Origin: an uncultured Actinomycetota bacterium
GTDB lineage: Bacteria > Actinomycetota > Actinomycetes > JAFAQI01
NCBI GenBank assembly: GCA_963770565.1
Contig: CAVYQE010000010.1
Span: 32,001 to 96,000, forward strand
Length of the DNA: 64,000 nucleotides
Direction of reading: 5' to 3'
The translations under genes were made by a program, and so were the position numbers. Positions within the stretch are counted from its first letter, which is position 1. Every line of letters begins with the position of its first letter. The notes beneath the pieces are model-generated. The model did no database searches, was not told where the DNA came from, and worked only from the letters and a program-made list of their open reading frames with translations. Below, one piece after another: positions 1 to 9,144 of the stretch.

Positions 1-1
1 G

Positions 2-91
2 GCGCCCGGCGTCGACCCCACAACGGGGGAGATCGTCGAGCCCCGCGACATCGCAACTGCCGGGGTGGCAGGCTCTGGGGTGAGCCCATGA
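2..91 (+). CDS. uvrC: C-terminal fragment of a gene running in from the left edge, probably excinuclease ABC subunit C
   Basis: Open frame APGVDPTTGEIVEP...VSP* ends in an ATGA overlap with rapZ; uvrC-rapZ-yvcK-whiA is the conserved actinobacterial order and VDPxTGEI resembles actinobacterial UvrC tails. Confidence 0.6.
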   Translation, partial: APGVDPTTGEIVEPRDIATAGVAGSGVSP

Positions 92-981
92 CCACCACCC
101 CGTCGACGCCATCAGCCGCGCCGCTCGAGCTCGCCGTCATCACCGGCCTGTCCGGCGCCGGACGGAGCACCGCGGCGAAGTGCCTCGAGGACCTCGGGTG
201 GTACGTCGTCGACAACCTGCCTCCGGCGCTGATCTCATCGGTTGTCGATCTGGCCGCTCGTTCGCACGGCGAGGTGGACCGGATCGCCGTCGTCGTCGAT
301 GTCCGCAGTCGCGCGTTCAGCTCCGATCTTCACGAGGCGCTCGACAGCATGACCCGCACCGGTCATCAGACCAGGGTGCTGTTCCTGGAGGCGCCGGACG
401 AGGTGCTGGTCAGGCGGTTCGACGGCGTACGCCGGCCGCATCCGCTGCAGGCCGACGGTCGATTGGTCGACGGCATCGCGCAAGAACGCGAGCTGCTCCG
501 CGAGCTGCGCAGCGAGGCCGATCTGGTGATCGACACCAGCGAGCTCAACGTCCACGAGCTGCGGGCGAAGATCGCGGCGGCCTTCGAGGAAGAGTCCGCC
601 GACGCGCTGCACCTGACGATGGTGTCCTTCGGTTATAAGTACGGCCTGCCGGTCGACGCCGACGTGGTGATCGACTGCCGACTCCTGCCCAACCCGCACT
701 GGGTGCCGGACCTGCGGCCACTCACCGGCGAGGACCCGGCGGTCCGCGACTATGTCCTGGCGCAACCGGGTGCAGCCGAGTTCATCGACGCTGCGCTCGC
801 GCTGCTACGCAGGTATGAGCAGGGGTACGTCGGCGAAGGAAAGCACTACGCCACAATTGCAGTCGGGTGCACGGGCGGTCGGCACCGTAGCGTGGCCGTC
901 TCAGGCGAGCTTGCGCGGCGAATGCGAGAGGACGGCATCGAGATCCAGTTGTCGCATCGAGACATGAACCACGAGTCATGA
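88..981 (+). CDS. rapZ: RNase adapter RapZ / YvcJ P-loop protein
   Basis: GLSGAGRS Walker A, VDNLP, DVRS, SFGYKYG, GCTGGRHRSV motifs. Confidence 0.96.
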   Translation: MTTTPSTPSAAPLELAVITGLSGAGRSTAAKCLEDLGWYVVDNLPPALISSVVDLAARSHGEVDRIAVVVDVRSRAFSSDLHEALDSMTRTGHQTRVLFLEAPDEVLVRRFDGVRRPHPLQADGRLVDGIAQERELLRELRSEADLVIDTSELNVHELRAKIAAAFEEESADALHLTMVSFGYKYGLPVDADVVIDCRLLPNPHWVPDLRPLTGEDPAVRDYVLAQPGAAEFIDAALALLRRYEQGYVGEGKHYATIAVGCTGGRHRSVAVSGELARRMREDGIEIQLSHRDMNHES

Positions 982-1030
982 CCCCTGACGGTTGTGCGAC
1001 CGTTCGCGGCCGGGTCGCGGGAGCGGCGAG

Positions 1031-2014
1031 GTGAGCGCATCGGGTGGTCCGAAGGTGGTTGCCTTCGGCGGCGGTCACGGTCTGTCGGCTTCGCTCGCCG
1101 CGCTGCGCCGGGTCACGTCCAACCTGACTGCCGTCGTCACGGTGGCCGACGACGGTGGCTCGAGCGGCGTGCTTCGAACCGAGCTCGACGCACTTCCGCC
1201 GGGTGACCTCCGAATGGCGCTGGCAGCCCTCGCCGGTGACGACGACGGCTCGCAGCTATGGGCCGAGGTCTGCCAGCACCGGTTCGGCGGCGAGGGCACG
1301 CTGGCCGGGCATCCGGTCGGCAACCTGCTGCTGACCGGACTCAACTCGGTCACCGGCGATCCGGTCGTGAGCCTGGAGATGGTCGGCAGGTTGCTGGGCG
1401 CGGTCGGCAGGGTCCTTCCGTTGTCGGTGCAGCCGATCGACATCGTCGCCGAGGTGATCGGTCTTGATCCGGCCGACCCGGGTGCGCTTCGCGAGGTCCG
1501 TGGTCAGGTCGCGGTGGCCACGACGCCGGGGCAGGTGGTGGGCGTTCGGTTGCACCCGGCGTCGGTCGACGCGTGCCCGCAGGCCGTGGACGCGGTTCTC
1601 GAGGCGGATTGGGTGGTGTTCGGGCCGGGATCGTGGTTCACCAGCGTGATCCCGCACCTGCTGGTGCCGGACATTGCCAAGGCGCTGGCGATGACGACCG
1701 CCCGGCGGATCGTGACCCTGAACATGTCCGCCCAGGACGGCGAGACCGAGGGCTTCTCCCCGGAAACCCACCTCGAGGTGCTCGGCGCGCATGCGCCGGA
1801 CCTGCACGTCGACATCGTGCTGGCCGCCCGCCGCGCCCTCGACAGCGGGCACGGCTCGCTGCAAACCGCCGCGGAGAGCCTCGGGGCCGAGCTGGTGATC
1901 GCACACCTGGGCAACGACCAGTCGATCCCTACCCACGACCCGCAACGGCTGGCCGCGGCGTACGACTCGATCTTCACCAACACCGCAATCAAAGGGGACT
2001 CCGCATGGCGATGA
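1031..2014 (+). CDS. yvcK: YvcK/CuvA (CofD-like) UDP-GlcNAc-binding protein
   Basis: [39 protein letters not shown]; position between rapZ and whiA; start codon uncertain (GTG 1031 chosen). Confidence 0.94.
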   Translation: MSASGGPKVVAFGGGHGLSASLAALRRVTSNLTAVVTVADDGGSSGVLRTELDALPPGDLRMALAALAGDDDGSQLWAEVCQHRFGGEGTLAGHPVGNLLLTGLNSVTGDPVVSLEMVGRLLGAVGRVLPLSVQPIDIVAEVIGLDPADPGALREVRGQVAVATTPGQVVGVRLHPASVDACPQAVDAVLEADWVVFGPGSWFTSVIPHLLVPDIAKALAMTTARRIVTLNMSAQDGETEGFSPETHLEVLGAHAPDLHVDIVLAARRALDSGHGSLQTAAESLGAELVIAHLGNDQSIPTHDPQRLAAAYDSIFTNTAIKGDSAWR

Positions 2015-2994
2015 CGGCAGCGGTCAAGGACGAGCTCGCCAGGGTGGTCGTCACCAAGCCGTGTTGCCGCAAGGCAGAGATCGCCACGATGCTGCGGTTC
2101 GCGGGCGGGCTGCACCTGGTCGGCAAGGGCCAGCTGGTGATCGAGGCCGATCTTGACACCGGAGCGACCGCCCGGCGGCTGCGCAAGAATCTGGCCGAGG
2201 TTTACGGGCACTCCTCGGAGCTGGCGGTCGTGTCGGCCGGCGGGCTCCGGAAGGGGTCGCGCTACCTGGTCCGGGTGACCAAGGACGGCCATGCGCTGGC
2301 CCGGCAGACCGGCTTGGTCGACGGCAACGGCCGGCCGGTCCGCGGGCTGCCGCCGCAGGTCGTGTCGGGTGCGCTCTGCGATGCGGCGGCGGCCTGGCGC
2401 GGGGCGTTCCTCGCGCACGGCTCGCTGACCGAACCCGGTCGCTCATCGTCGCTGGAGATCACCTGCCCCGGGCCGGAGTCCGCGCTGGCACTGGTCGGTG
2501 CCGCGCGGCGGCTGGGGGTCTCGGCCAAGGCCCGCGAGGTGCGCGGGGTCGATCGGGTGGTCATCCGTGACGGCGATGCGATCAGCGTGATGCTCACCAA
2601 GCTCGGGGCGCACGACAGCGTCCTGGCCTGGGAAGAGCGGCGGATGCGCCGTGAGGTGCGCGCGACCGCGAACCGGCTGGCCAACTTCGACGACGCGAAC
2701 CTTCGTCGCTCGGCCCGGGCCGCCGTCGCGGCCGGCGCGCGGGTGGCGCGGGCGATGGAGATCCTCGGCGACGACGCCCCGGAGCACCTGCTGTCGGCCG
2801 GCCGGCTTCGGCTCGACCACGCGAACGCTTCGCTCGAGGAGCTCGGTGCGCTCGCTGACCCGGCGCTGACCAAGGACGCGATCGCCGGCCGGATCCGGCG
2901 GCTGCTGGCGATGGCCGACTCGCGCGCCGACGAGCTCGGCGTGCCCAACACCGAGGCGTCCTTGACCCCGGAGATGCTCGCCGACGCCCAGTGA
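2005..2994 (+). CDS. whiA: DNA-binding protein WhiA
   Basis: [11 protein letters not shown] start, [39 protein letters not shown]...[13 protein letters not shown]. Confidence 0.97.
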   Translation: MAMTAAVKDELARVVVTKPCCRKAEIATMLRFAGGLHLVGKGQLVIEADLDTGATARRLRKNLAEVYGHSSELAVVSAGGLRKGSRYLVRVTKDGHALARQTGLVDGNGRPVRGLPPQVVSGALCDAAAAWRGAFLAHGSLTEPGRSSSLEITCPGPESALALVGAARRLGVSAKAREVRGVDRVVIRDGDAISVMLTKLGAHDSVLAWEERRMRREVRATANRLANFDDANLRRSARAAVAAGARVARAMEILGDDAPEHLLSAGRLRLDHANASLEELGALADPALTKDAIAGRIRRLLAMADSRADELGVPNTEASLTPEMLADAQ

Positions 2995-3000
2995 CCCCCC

Positions 3001-3070
3001 GTCACATGGCCGGCATCGATGGGCCATGCGTGGGGCTATAGCCCCACCGATGGGCCATGCGTGTGGTGAC
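3001..3070. repeat. 18-bp perfect palindrome flanked by 16-bp direct repeats; probable bidirectional terminator
   Basis: GTGGGGCTATAGCCCCAC at 3030-3047; CGATGGGCCATGCGTG at 3017-3032 and 3048-3063; lies between convergent genes. Confidence 0.6.
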
Positions 3071-3075
3071 GCGGC

Positions 3076-3948
3076 TTAGCGACTGACCAGGGTCGGTGCG
3101 CTGGTGTCGACCGGGAGGGCGAGTCGCTGGACCCTGACCAGGCGCCCGGTCGCGTCGTACGGCCCGAACGTCTCGCCCTGGTAGCTGATCGTGTACGTCG
3201 CGCCCCACCGGGTGCGCAGGGTCAGCCGGGCGATGCCGCCGTGTAGGTAGGAGTGCGCCAGGGGAGTGCTGGCGCTCAGCCAACCCGAGGTGGAGCCGTC
3301 GCCCCAGTGCCAGTCGGCAACGGTGGCGTCGAGGGTGATCGTCTCGGTGACCTCGCCGCTGCCGAACGGCACCGGGGTCAGCGAACCTGGGACGCTCGCG
3401 GTAAAGAAGGTGGCGAGGCCGGCCAGGGTCGCGCCGGACGGGCTGGTCGAGATGTCGAGGTCGGGCGGCGTCACGTCCTTCAGGTAGCGGCGGACGTCTC
3501 CGAACGCCTTGGTGCCGACCGGGACCGGTTGTTGGGGACCGCCGAGACAGACCGTGCCGACGACCCGGTCGGCGACCGCGTCCGTGCTGAGGTAGATCTT
3601 GTAGAGCAGTTGCCCCTTCCTACAGTTGCCCGTCGTGCTTGCCCCGGTGCACGCGTTGATGCTGGTCGGGTCGCCCGGACTCGCAGAGGCACACGCCAGC
3701 ATCAGCGTCCACGAGCAGTCGCCGCACGCTTGCTGGGTGCCGGAGCGCGCGGCCAGGTCGAGCACCCACGGAACACCACGGACGGCGAGCAACCCGTGGA
3801 ACTCGCCGGCGTTCTGGTTCGCGCCGACACCGCACGCGGTGGTGCTGAAGGTGGTGCAGTGACCAGGCGTCGCGGCATGGGCGAAGCCGGGAGCGAGCAC
3901 GGTCAGCGTGACCGCGAGTGCTGCGAACAACCCGAGCAAGCGCGTCAT
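3076..3948 (-). CDS. Secreted Cys-rich protein with C-terminal PKD-like domain
   Basis: Signal peptide MTRLLGLFAALAV...AHA; several Cys; WHWGDGS...HSY...W.ATY pattern typical of PKD-like domains. Confidence 0.7.
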   Translation of the reverse strand: MTRLLGLFAALAVTLTVLAPGFAHAATPGHCTTFSTTACGVGANQNAGEFHGLLAVRGVPWVLDLAARSGTQQACGDCSWTLMLACASASPGDPTSINACTGASTTGNCRKGQLLYKIYLSTDAVADRVVGTVCLGGPQQPVPVGTKAFGDVRRYLKDVTPPDLDISTSPSGATLAGLATFFTASVPGSLTPVPFGSGEVTETITLDATVADWHWGDGSTSGWLSASTPLAHSYLHGGIARLTLRTRWGATYTISYQGETFGPYDATGRLVRVQRLALPVDTSAPTLVSR

Positions 3949-4517
3949 CAGACGGCCGTGATCCGAGCGATCAGCCACCGACTGCCGCCACGCACAAGTA
4001 GGAAGTCACGATGAACTCGCTTGGCCGGAGGTGCATGGCTCAGGGTCTGATTGTTGGGGCCGACCATGCCGCCCTTGGCGGCGTTGAACAGCACCAACAC
4101 ATCCACGACGCCGGGGCCATCCACGCTTGGCGTGTATTTGATGACGTGGACGCGGTCGATGTAGCGCTCGCCGCGACTGCGCGCGTACCTGACCGACTTG
4201 GCCTGGATCTGGCAGGGGCACTTGGGCGTGAAGATCGCGCTCCAACCCTCGGCGTTCATGTCGTCGTGCAGGTTGTTGAGGACCGAGTAGTAGCGCTTCA
4301 CCACACTCGTGGCGGCCGCAAGCTCACCAGCTTGGCCGGCGACCAGGGGAGGAGCCCCGGGACCAGGCGTCGGGACCGCGATCGAAGCGGTGGGCGGCGT
4401 ATGGTGTGGCGCAAGGCTTTGGGGCCCTGACGCCGCCTCACCCGCGCAGCCGCTGAGCGCAGCGACGAGCACAGCAGCGAGGGCAAAGCCTTTCCCCGAT
4501 CCGGTCAGCACCGGCAC
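3948..4517 (-). CDS. Putative lipoprotein (DUF6318-like / NTF2-like)
   Basis: Lipobox LSGC after hydrophobic stretch, Pro-rich linker, RYYSVLN...CPC motif; stop overlaps start of the downstream secreted gene; start uncertain. Confidence 0.6.
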   Translation of the reverse strand: MPVLTGSGKGFALAAVLVAALSGCAGEAASGPQSLAPHHTPPTASIAVPTPGPGAPPLVAGQAGELAAATSVVKRYYSVLNNLHDDMNAEGWSAIFTPKCPCQIQAKSVRYARSRGERYIDRVHVIKYTPSVDGPGVVDVLVLFNAAKGGMVGPNNQTLSHAPPAKRVHRDFLLVRGGSRWLIARITAV

Positions 4518-4611
4518 AACGTAACGAGGGCGCGACGATCGCGGCGGACGTTGTCCACAGGCCTCGAAATGCCCCCCGAACGGCGTAACGGGCGGTTGTG
4601 CCGGATGAGCG

Positions 4612-4638
4612 TTCAAGCCTGAGCGGAACGTGGCCGAT
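4612..4638 (+). promoter_or_regulatory. sigma28/FliA/WhiG-like promoter upstream of mglB-like gene
   Basis: TTCAAG-N15-GCCGAT. Confidence 0.7.
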
Positions 4639-4692
4639 GTGGAACGTGAGGCCCCCCACCCTTGGGACAGGCCGTGAGACGAGGTGTCCGTG

Positions 4693-5301
4693 ATGTCCGA
4701 CTCTGCTAACCGCTCCCAGCGGCTGGATCGAGCGATCGCCGACCTGCTGGCGCAGGTGCCTGAGATTGAGGCCGCAGCGGTGGTTTCCTTCGACGGTCTG
4801 CCGATGGCGAGTGCGCTTCCGGCGACGATGGATGAGGACCGGGTCGCCGCGATGAGCGCCGCCCTGCTGAGCCTCGGGGAGCGAGCGGCTGAAGGGCTCG
4901 GCCGCGGTTCGCTCAACCAGGTCTACATCGAGGGCGACCACGGCACTGTCTTCCTGGTGTCGGCCGAGGACGAGGCCGTGTTGGTCGCGGTCGCGGCCCG
5001 CGGCGCCAAGGTCGGCATGATGCTTTACGAGGTACGCCGGTCCGCTCAGACCGTCGCCAATGTGCTGCGCGCCGAGGTCGAGCCGGAGCTGCTGGCCGAG
5101 CCGGCTGCCGAGTTGCCCCCGCTGCAAGCCGTCGCCCCGCCGCTGCCCGAGCCGGAGCCCGCGCCCGTTGCGGACGTTGCCCCGGCAATGGACGCCGAGC
5201 CGAGCGCACCCTACGCCCCGATGTCCTCGGACCCGGCGTGGGTATCACACCTTCCGAACGGATCTGCGGTCGCCGCCAGCGACCCGCAGCCCTGGTCCTG
5301 A
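4693..5301 (+). CDS. Roadblock/LC7 domain protein (MglB-like GAP) with Pro/Glu-rich tail
   Basis: AAAVVSFDGLPMAS...DRVAAMSAALLSLGERAA..LGRG.LNQVYIEG; upstream of small GTPase; alternative start 4684. Confidence 0.9.
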   Translation: MSDSANRSQRLDRAIADLLAQVPEIEAAAVVSFDGLPMASALPATMDEDRVAAMSAALLSLGERAAEGLGRGSLNQVYIEGDHGTVFLVSAEDEAVLVAVAARGAKVGMMLYEVRRSAQTVANVLRAEVEPELLAEPAAELPPLQAVAPPLPEPEPAPVADVAPAMDAEPSAPYAPMSSDPAWVSHLPNGSAVAASDPQPWS

Positions 5302-5337
5302 CCCCCCTAACCACCCGACGCCCACCCGAGGTCTGCC

Positions 5338-6453
5338 GTGAGACTTGAAGGCTCGCTAGACGCCTTCAGCCTGCCGGATATCTTCTCGCTGCTCAGCATG
5401 ACGAAGAAGACCGGCGGACTGCATCTTCGCCGTTCCGGCGCGCACGGCGTCGTCTGGCTCGGCGACGGGTTGATCAGTGGCGGCGCCTCGGACCTGTCGA
5501 GGCTGGCGTTGGGTCGTCGGCTGGCCGGGTGCGGCCATGTCTCTGACGAACAGCTCCGCGAGGCGGTCGAGCTGGTCGCCGGGTCTACCGACGTCGGCCT
5601 TGCCCGCGCGCTTCGCGACGCGAGCGCCATCGATGAGGGCGAGTTGCACACGGTGGTCTGCGAGCACATCGTGGACACCGTCTTCGACCTGATGCGCTGG
5701 ACCGAGGGCGTCTTCGAGTTCGTCATCGACGAGGCCAACGTCGACGACGTCGGGGTGACCCTCGAGGTCGAGGAGGTCGTGACCGACGCGCGGCACCGGC
5801 TGGACACCTGGGCGACGATCGATGAGGGACTCGCCTCGCTGGACACCGTGTTGTCGCTGTCGCTCAACCCGGATCTCGACCCGACCCTGCAGCGCGACGA
5901 GTGGGCACTGCTGGCGCTCATCGACGGGCGGCGCACCATCAGCGACGTCGTCAACCTCTGCGGCCGCGGTGAGTACGCCGTCGTCGTGGCGCTCAACGAG
6001 CTGGTCACGAAGGGCTTGGTCCACACCGAGGAGTCCGAAGGCGTCGCGGCCCTGCAACAGCGGCAAGATCTGGTCGGTTCACTCGAGACCGAGGTCGCAC
6101 CGGCAACGTCGATCCTTGCCGACGTCCTCAGCGACAACTCGGCGGTCGGCGAGACCGATGTCGACGCCGAGTCCCTCCTGGTCCCGGCCGAGCCGGAGGT
6201 CGCGACTGAGGCCGACGACGACGAGGACAGCGACGACAACGAGCAGGTCGCGGACATCTCCACCCTGCCGCGCGCGACGTCCCACGACGATGCCGACGGC
6301 GGCCTTCACTCGCACGACCACCCCGAGCCGCTCGCCGCGGCCGTGTCCGGCGGTGGAATGGTCACCGCCGTACCGTCCGGGGCGATCGAACGCGACCCGA
6401 GCGTCAACAAGAGCTTGCTGCTGCGCTTGATCGCCGGCGTGAGAGGGCTGTAG
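5338..6453 (+). CDS. DUF4388 (PATAN-like) domain protein with HTH-like region and acidic linker
   Basis: LEGSLDAFSLPDIFSLLSMTKKTGGL...G.I..A, W.EG.FEF, EWALLALIDGRRTISD. Confidence 0.85.
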   Translation: MRLEGSLDAFSLPDIFSLLSMTKKTGGLHLRRSGAHGVVWLGDGLISGGASDLSRLALGRRLAGCGHVSDEQLREAVELVAGSTDVGLARALRDASAIDEGELHTVVCEHIVDTVFDLMRWTEGVFEFVIDEANVDDVGVTLEVEEVVTDARHRLDTWATIDEGLASLDTVLSLSLNPDLDPTLQRDEWALLALIDGRRTISDVVNLCGRGEYAVVVALNELVTKGLVHTEESEGVAALQQRQDLVGSLETEVAPATSILADVLSDNSAVGETDVDAESLLVPAEPEVATEADDDEDSDDNEQVADISTLPRATSHDDADGGLHSHDHPEPLAAAVSGGGMVTAVPSGAIERDPSVNKSLLLRLIAGVRGL

Positions 6454-6455
6454 TC

Positions 6456-7034
6456 ATGGCGACCAGGACACGTCGGCGGACCGCAGGCACTGCGGTGAAG
6501 ATCGTGGTGACCGGCCCGTTCGCGGCCGGCAAGACCACCCTGATCCGCACGATCAGCGAGATCACGGTCCTCTCGACCGAGCGCAGCATCAGCGACGAGA
6601 CCCGCGCCCGCAAGACCGACACCACGGTCGCGATGGACTTCGGCCGGATCACGATCGACCGAGACCTCGTGCTGTACCTGTTCGGCACCCCGGGGCAGGA
6701 CCGGTTCGACTTCATGTGGGAGATCCTCGGCGAGGGCATGCTCGGATACGTCCTGCTCGTTGATTCGTCGCGAGCCGACTCGCTCGACGAGGCGGTCAGT
6801 ATCCGCGAGGCCTTCCGCAAGATGGCGCGGGTTCCGTTCGTAATCGGACTGAACCGGGCCGAGGGCCTCGACGAAGCCGAAGAGGCGACCGTCCGCAGCC
6901 GGCTCGACCTCGAGGACGACGTCCCCGTGGTGCCCTGCGACGTCACCGATCGCGAATCGGTGAAGGCGGTGCTGCTCGCCCTGCTGTACGCCGTTGTCGA
7001 CTCGCTGGACGCCGCTGCCGCCGTGCAGGCCTAG
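6456..7034 (+). CDS. MglA/CvnD-like small Ras-like GTPase (ATP_bind_1 family)
   Basis: G1 GPFAAGKTT, G2 TTVAMDFG, G3 FGTPGQDRF. Confidence 0.92.
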   Translation: MATRTRRRTAGTAVKIVVTGPFAAGKTTLIRTISEITVLSTERSISDETRARKTDTTVAMDFGRITIDRDLVLYLFGTPGQDRFDFMWEILGEGMLGYVLLVDSSRADSLDEAVSIREAFRKMARVPFVIGLNRAEGLDEAEEATVRSRLDLEDDVPVVPCDVTDRESVKAVLLALLYAVVDSLDAAAAVQA

Positions 7035-7049
7035 CGCCCGCCGCGGAGG

Positions 7050-7505
7050 GTGAGCGTGTTCGGCCGGCGCAAGAAGCCCGCCAAGCTCGGCATGCGACGT
7101 CGGACGTCGTTCGCCTGGTCCAACGTTGCTTTCCCGCCGCCGGCGCCGGCCGGCCACTCCGTCGAGGCGCCAGCTCCGGACCCGGTCGCTGAGTCGGCAC
7201 CGGAGCCGATTGCCTCCACACCGCCGCCTGCGCCGGACGCGACAGCCGCGCCGATGCCGCCGCCGGCCGAGCCGGTGGCCCCGAACCCGGCCCCGAGGCC
7301 GATGAGGCCAACCGTCGCCGCGGCCGGCCAGAAGCTCGCGTCGGAGCCGGTCGCCGAGGTGCTGCCGCCTGCGCCCGCCGGGTCACGTCCGACTGTGCGG
7401 CTCGGCTTCGTCGACGGGACTTCGTACGAACTCGCCGACTCTTCCGGTGAGTCAAAGGCGCTTAGACGAGTTGCCGCCCAGTTGATCGACGGGCCCTCGG
7501 CCTGA
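7050..7505 (+). CDS. Hypothetical Pro/Ala-rich protein, fourth gene of the Mgl-like operon
   Basis: GGAGG RBS before GTG, 15 bp after GTPase stop; basic N-terminus, Pro-rich linker, compact C-terminal VRLGFVDGTSYEL segment. Confidence 0.65.
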   Translation: MSVFGRRKKPAKLGMRRRTSFAWSNVAFPPPAPAGHSVEAPAPDPVAESAPEPIASTPPPAPDATAAPMPPPAEPVAPNPAPRPMRPTVAAAGQKLASEPVAEVLPPAPAGSRPTVRLGFVDGTSYELADSSGESKALRRVAAQLIDGPSA

Positions 7506-7515
7506 CCGGGTTCTG

Positions 7516-8286
7516 TCAGGGTCGACGTACCACCCACCGCACATAGTCGTAGTCGTGGTCCGGGCGTATGACCCGCTCGACGACGCGCAGCCCGTGGTTG
7601 GCGAACATGATTTCCGCTCGCTTCGCCGGCACCGCGAGCATCGAGATTCCGGACAGTCCGGTCCGATGGAGCCGCTCAGGGCGGACGCCGAGCGATCGAA
7701 GCACCCGGTAGAGCTGAAAGCGAGGCTGGAGGCGCGCCCGAAGCTGGTGGGCTGACTCCGGCAGCTCGATGACGGCCGGGGCGCCTGCTGCAAGTGAACT
7801 CGCGATGATGCCGATCGCGTTGTCGATCGCGGTTAGGGTCGGAAGATGCTGCAGCACCAGTAGCGACATCGCGAAGTCGTGCTCGCCCGCCTCGGCGAGC
7901 TCGGACGGAGCCGCTGTAGTGATGTTGGAGATCCTGGCCGTCGCGGCACGTGCCTGCAGCGTCGCCAGCATCCCGGGGGAGATGTCGACCGACGTCACGT
8001 GCTCGAAACGGGCGGCGAGCGCGAATGACAGCCGACCGGTGCCGGCGCCGTAGTCGACCGCACGCCCGTAGTTCACTGGCGGCCCGGCGGCAAGGCACTC
8101 ATCGACCGCTTGGACGCCGCTGGCGTAGAAGTCCGTGAGGTCGGTATCCCAGCCGCCATGGCGGCGGGACCTCTCGGTGAGCACAGCCCAGTCGGGGTCC
8201 TCGGCACCGAGCGACCTCCACACCTCTTGCTGTCGACCCTGCCGGTCGAGGTGTGAGCCTGGGTCTTCACCGGCGTTCGCCGTCAC
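7516..8286 (-). CDS. Class I SAM-dependent methyltransferase (glycan-locus associated)
   Basis: VDYGAGTGRL motif I, VDISPGML, LVLQHLP. Confidence 0.88.
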   Translation of the reverse strand: MTANAGEDPGSHLDRQGRQQEVWRSLGAEDPDWAVLTERSRRHGGWDTDLTDFYASGVQAVDECLAAGPPVNYGRAVDYGAGTGRLSFALAARFEHVTSVDISPGMLATLQARAATARISNITTAAPSELAEAGEHDFAMSLLVLQHLPTLTAIDNAIGIIASSLAAGAPAVIELPESAHQLRARLQPRFQLYRVLRSLGVRPERLHRTGLSGISMLAVPAKRAEIMFANHGLRVVERVIRPDHDYDYVRWVVRRP

Positions 8287-8296
8287 GATTTGCTCC

Positions 8297-9121
8297 TCAT
8301 GTGACCCGCCTGCCGATCAGTCGACGAGCGGCCAGACCGGTGCGGACGGCAGCCACCGCAAGAGGACCGCGCACCGGACCGAGCCGACGCCGGCAGAGTC
8401 GCTCGAACGCACCTATCCACCGCGCACCGCCTCCGGAAGCCCCTTGATCATGCCTGACGACGATCGACGAGACGAGCCGAAAGCGAGCCCCCTGGGCGGA
8501 GGCGGCGGTGCCCCACGCGACGTCCTCGGCGTAGATGAGCTCGTCTTCCGGGATCGGACCGAAGCGCTCGAAGACATCGGCCGCGAGCACGGGGCATGCC
8601 ATGCACAGCCACTGCACGCCGCCGGCGCGGCGGGCCTGGGCGCGGGTCAGGAACACTCCTCGAAGCCCCGGCAACAGATGGCTCAGGAACAGGAAGTAGC
8701 CGGCCACTGACCGCAAGGTGAGTGGACCACCGCCCGGACCGATCTGGAGGCGCCCTTCGGAGCCCGCCAGGAGCGGTGCGATTCCGTCAAGATCTGAGAT
8801 CAGCGCTTCGGTCAGCCGAGTCAGCTGGCTCACGTCGAGGTGTACGTCGGGGTTTAAAAGGAGCCATGGCCGGCGCGGTGAGTCGACCGTTGCGACAGCA
8901 CGGTTGACGGCAGCTGCGAATCCGACGTTGCGATCGATCAACAATGCCTCTGCACGATGAGATGCGCATACCAGCGACACACCGGCGGGGTCGTCACCGT
9001 TGTCGACGACGATTACATGATGACCGGCCAGCAGCCCGCTGTCGAGCTGGCGTTCGATGTTGGGCAGGCTGTGGTAGTTCACGAGCACGACGGTGAGACC
9101 ACCGTGCGAATCGGTGGTCAT
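8297..9121 (-). CDS. Glycosyltransferase family 2 (WbbL/rhamnosyltransferase-like)
   Basis: VVLVNY, VVDNG, NVGFAAAVN, LLLNPD, YAEDVAW. Confidence 0.9.
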   Translation of the reverse strand: MTTDSHGGLTVVLVNYHSLPNIERQLDSGLLAGHHVIVVDNGDDPAGVSLVCASHRAEALLIDRNVGFAAAVNRAVATVDSPRRPWLLLNPDVHLDVSQLTRLTEALISDLDGIAPLLAGSEGRLQIGPGGGPLTLRSVAGYFLFLSHLLPGLRGVFLTRAQARRAGGVQWLCMACPVLAADVFERFGPIPEDELIYAEDVAWGTAASAQGARFRLVSSIVVRHDQGASGGGARWIGAFERLCRRRLGPVRGPLAVAAVRTGLAARRLIGRRVT

Positions 9122-9144
9122 AGTTGCGTCCGGTTCGCACACTG

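Noticed and set aside
4518-4916. N-terminal extension of ORF 3948-4916 (-)
   Set aside because: Overlaps mglB antisense and its promoter; the lipoprotein signal begins near 4517
4693-7034. Classical conservon (cvnABCD)
   Set aside because: No sensor kinase-like cvnA and no DUF742 gene adjacent
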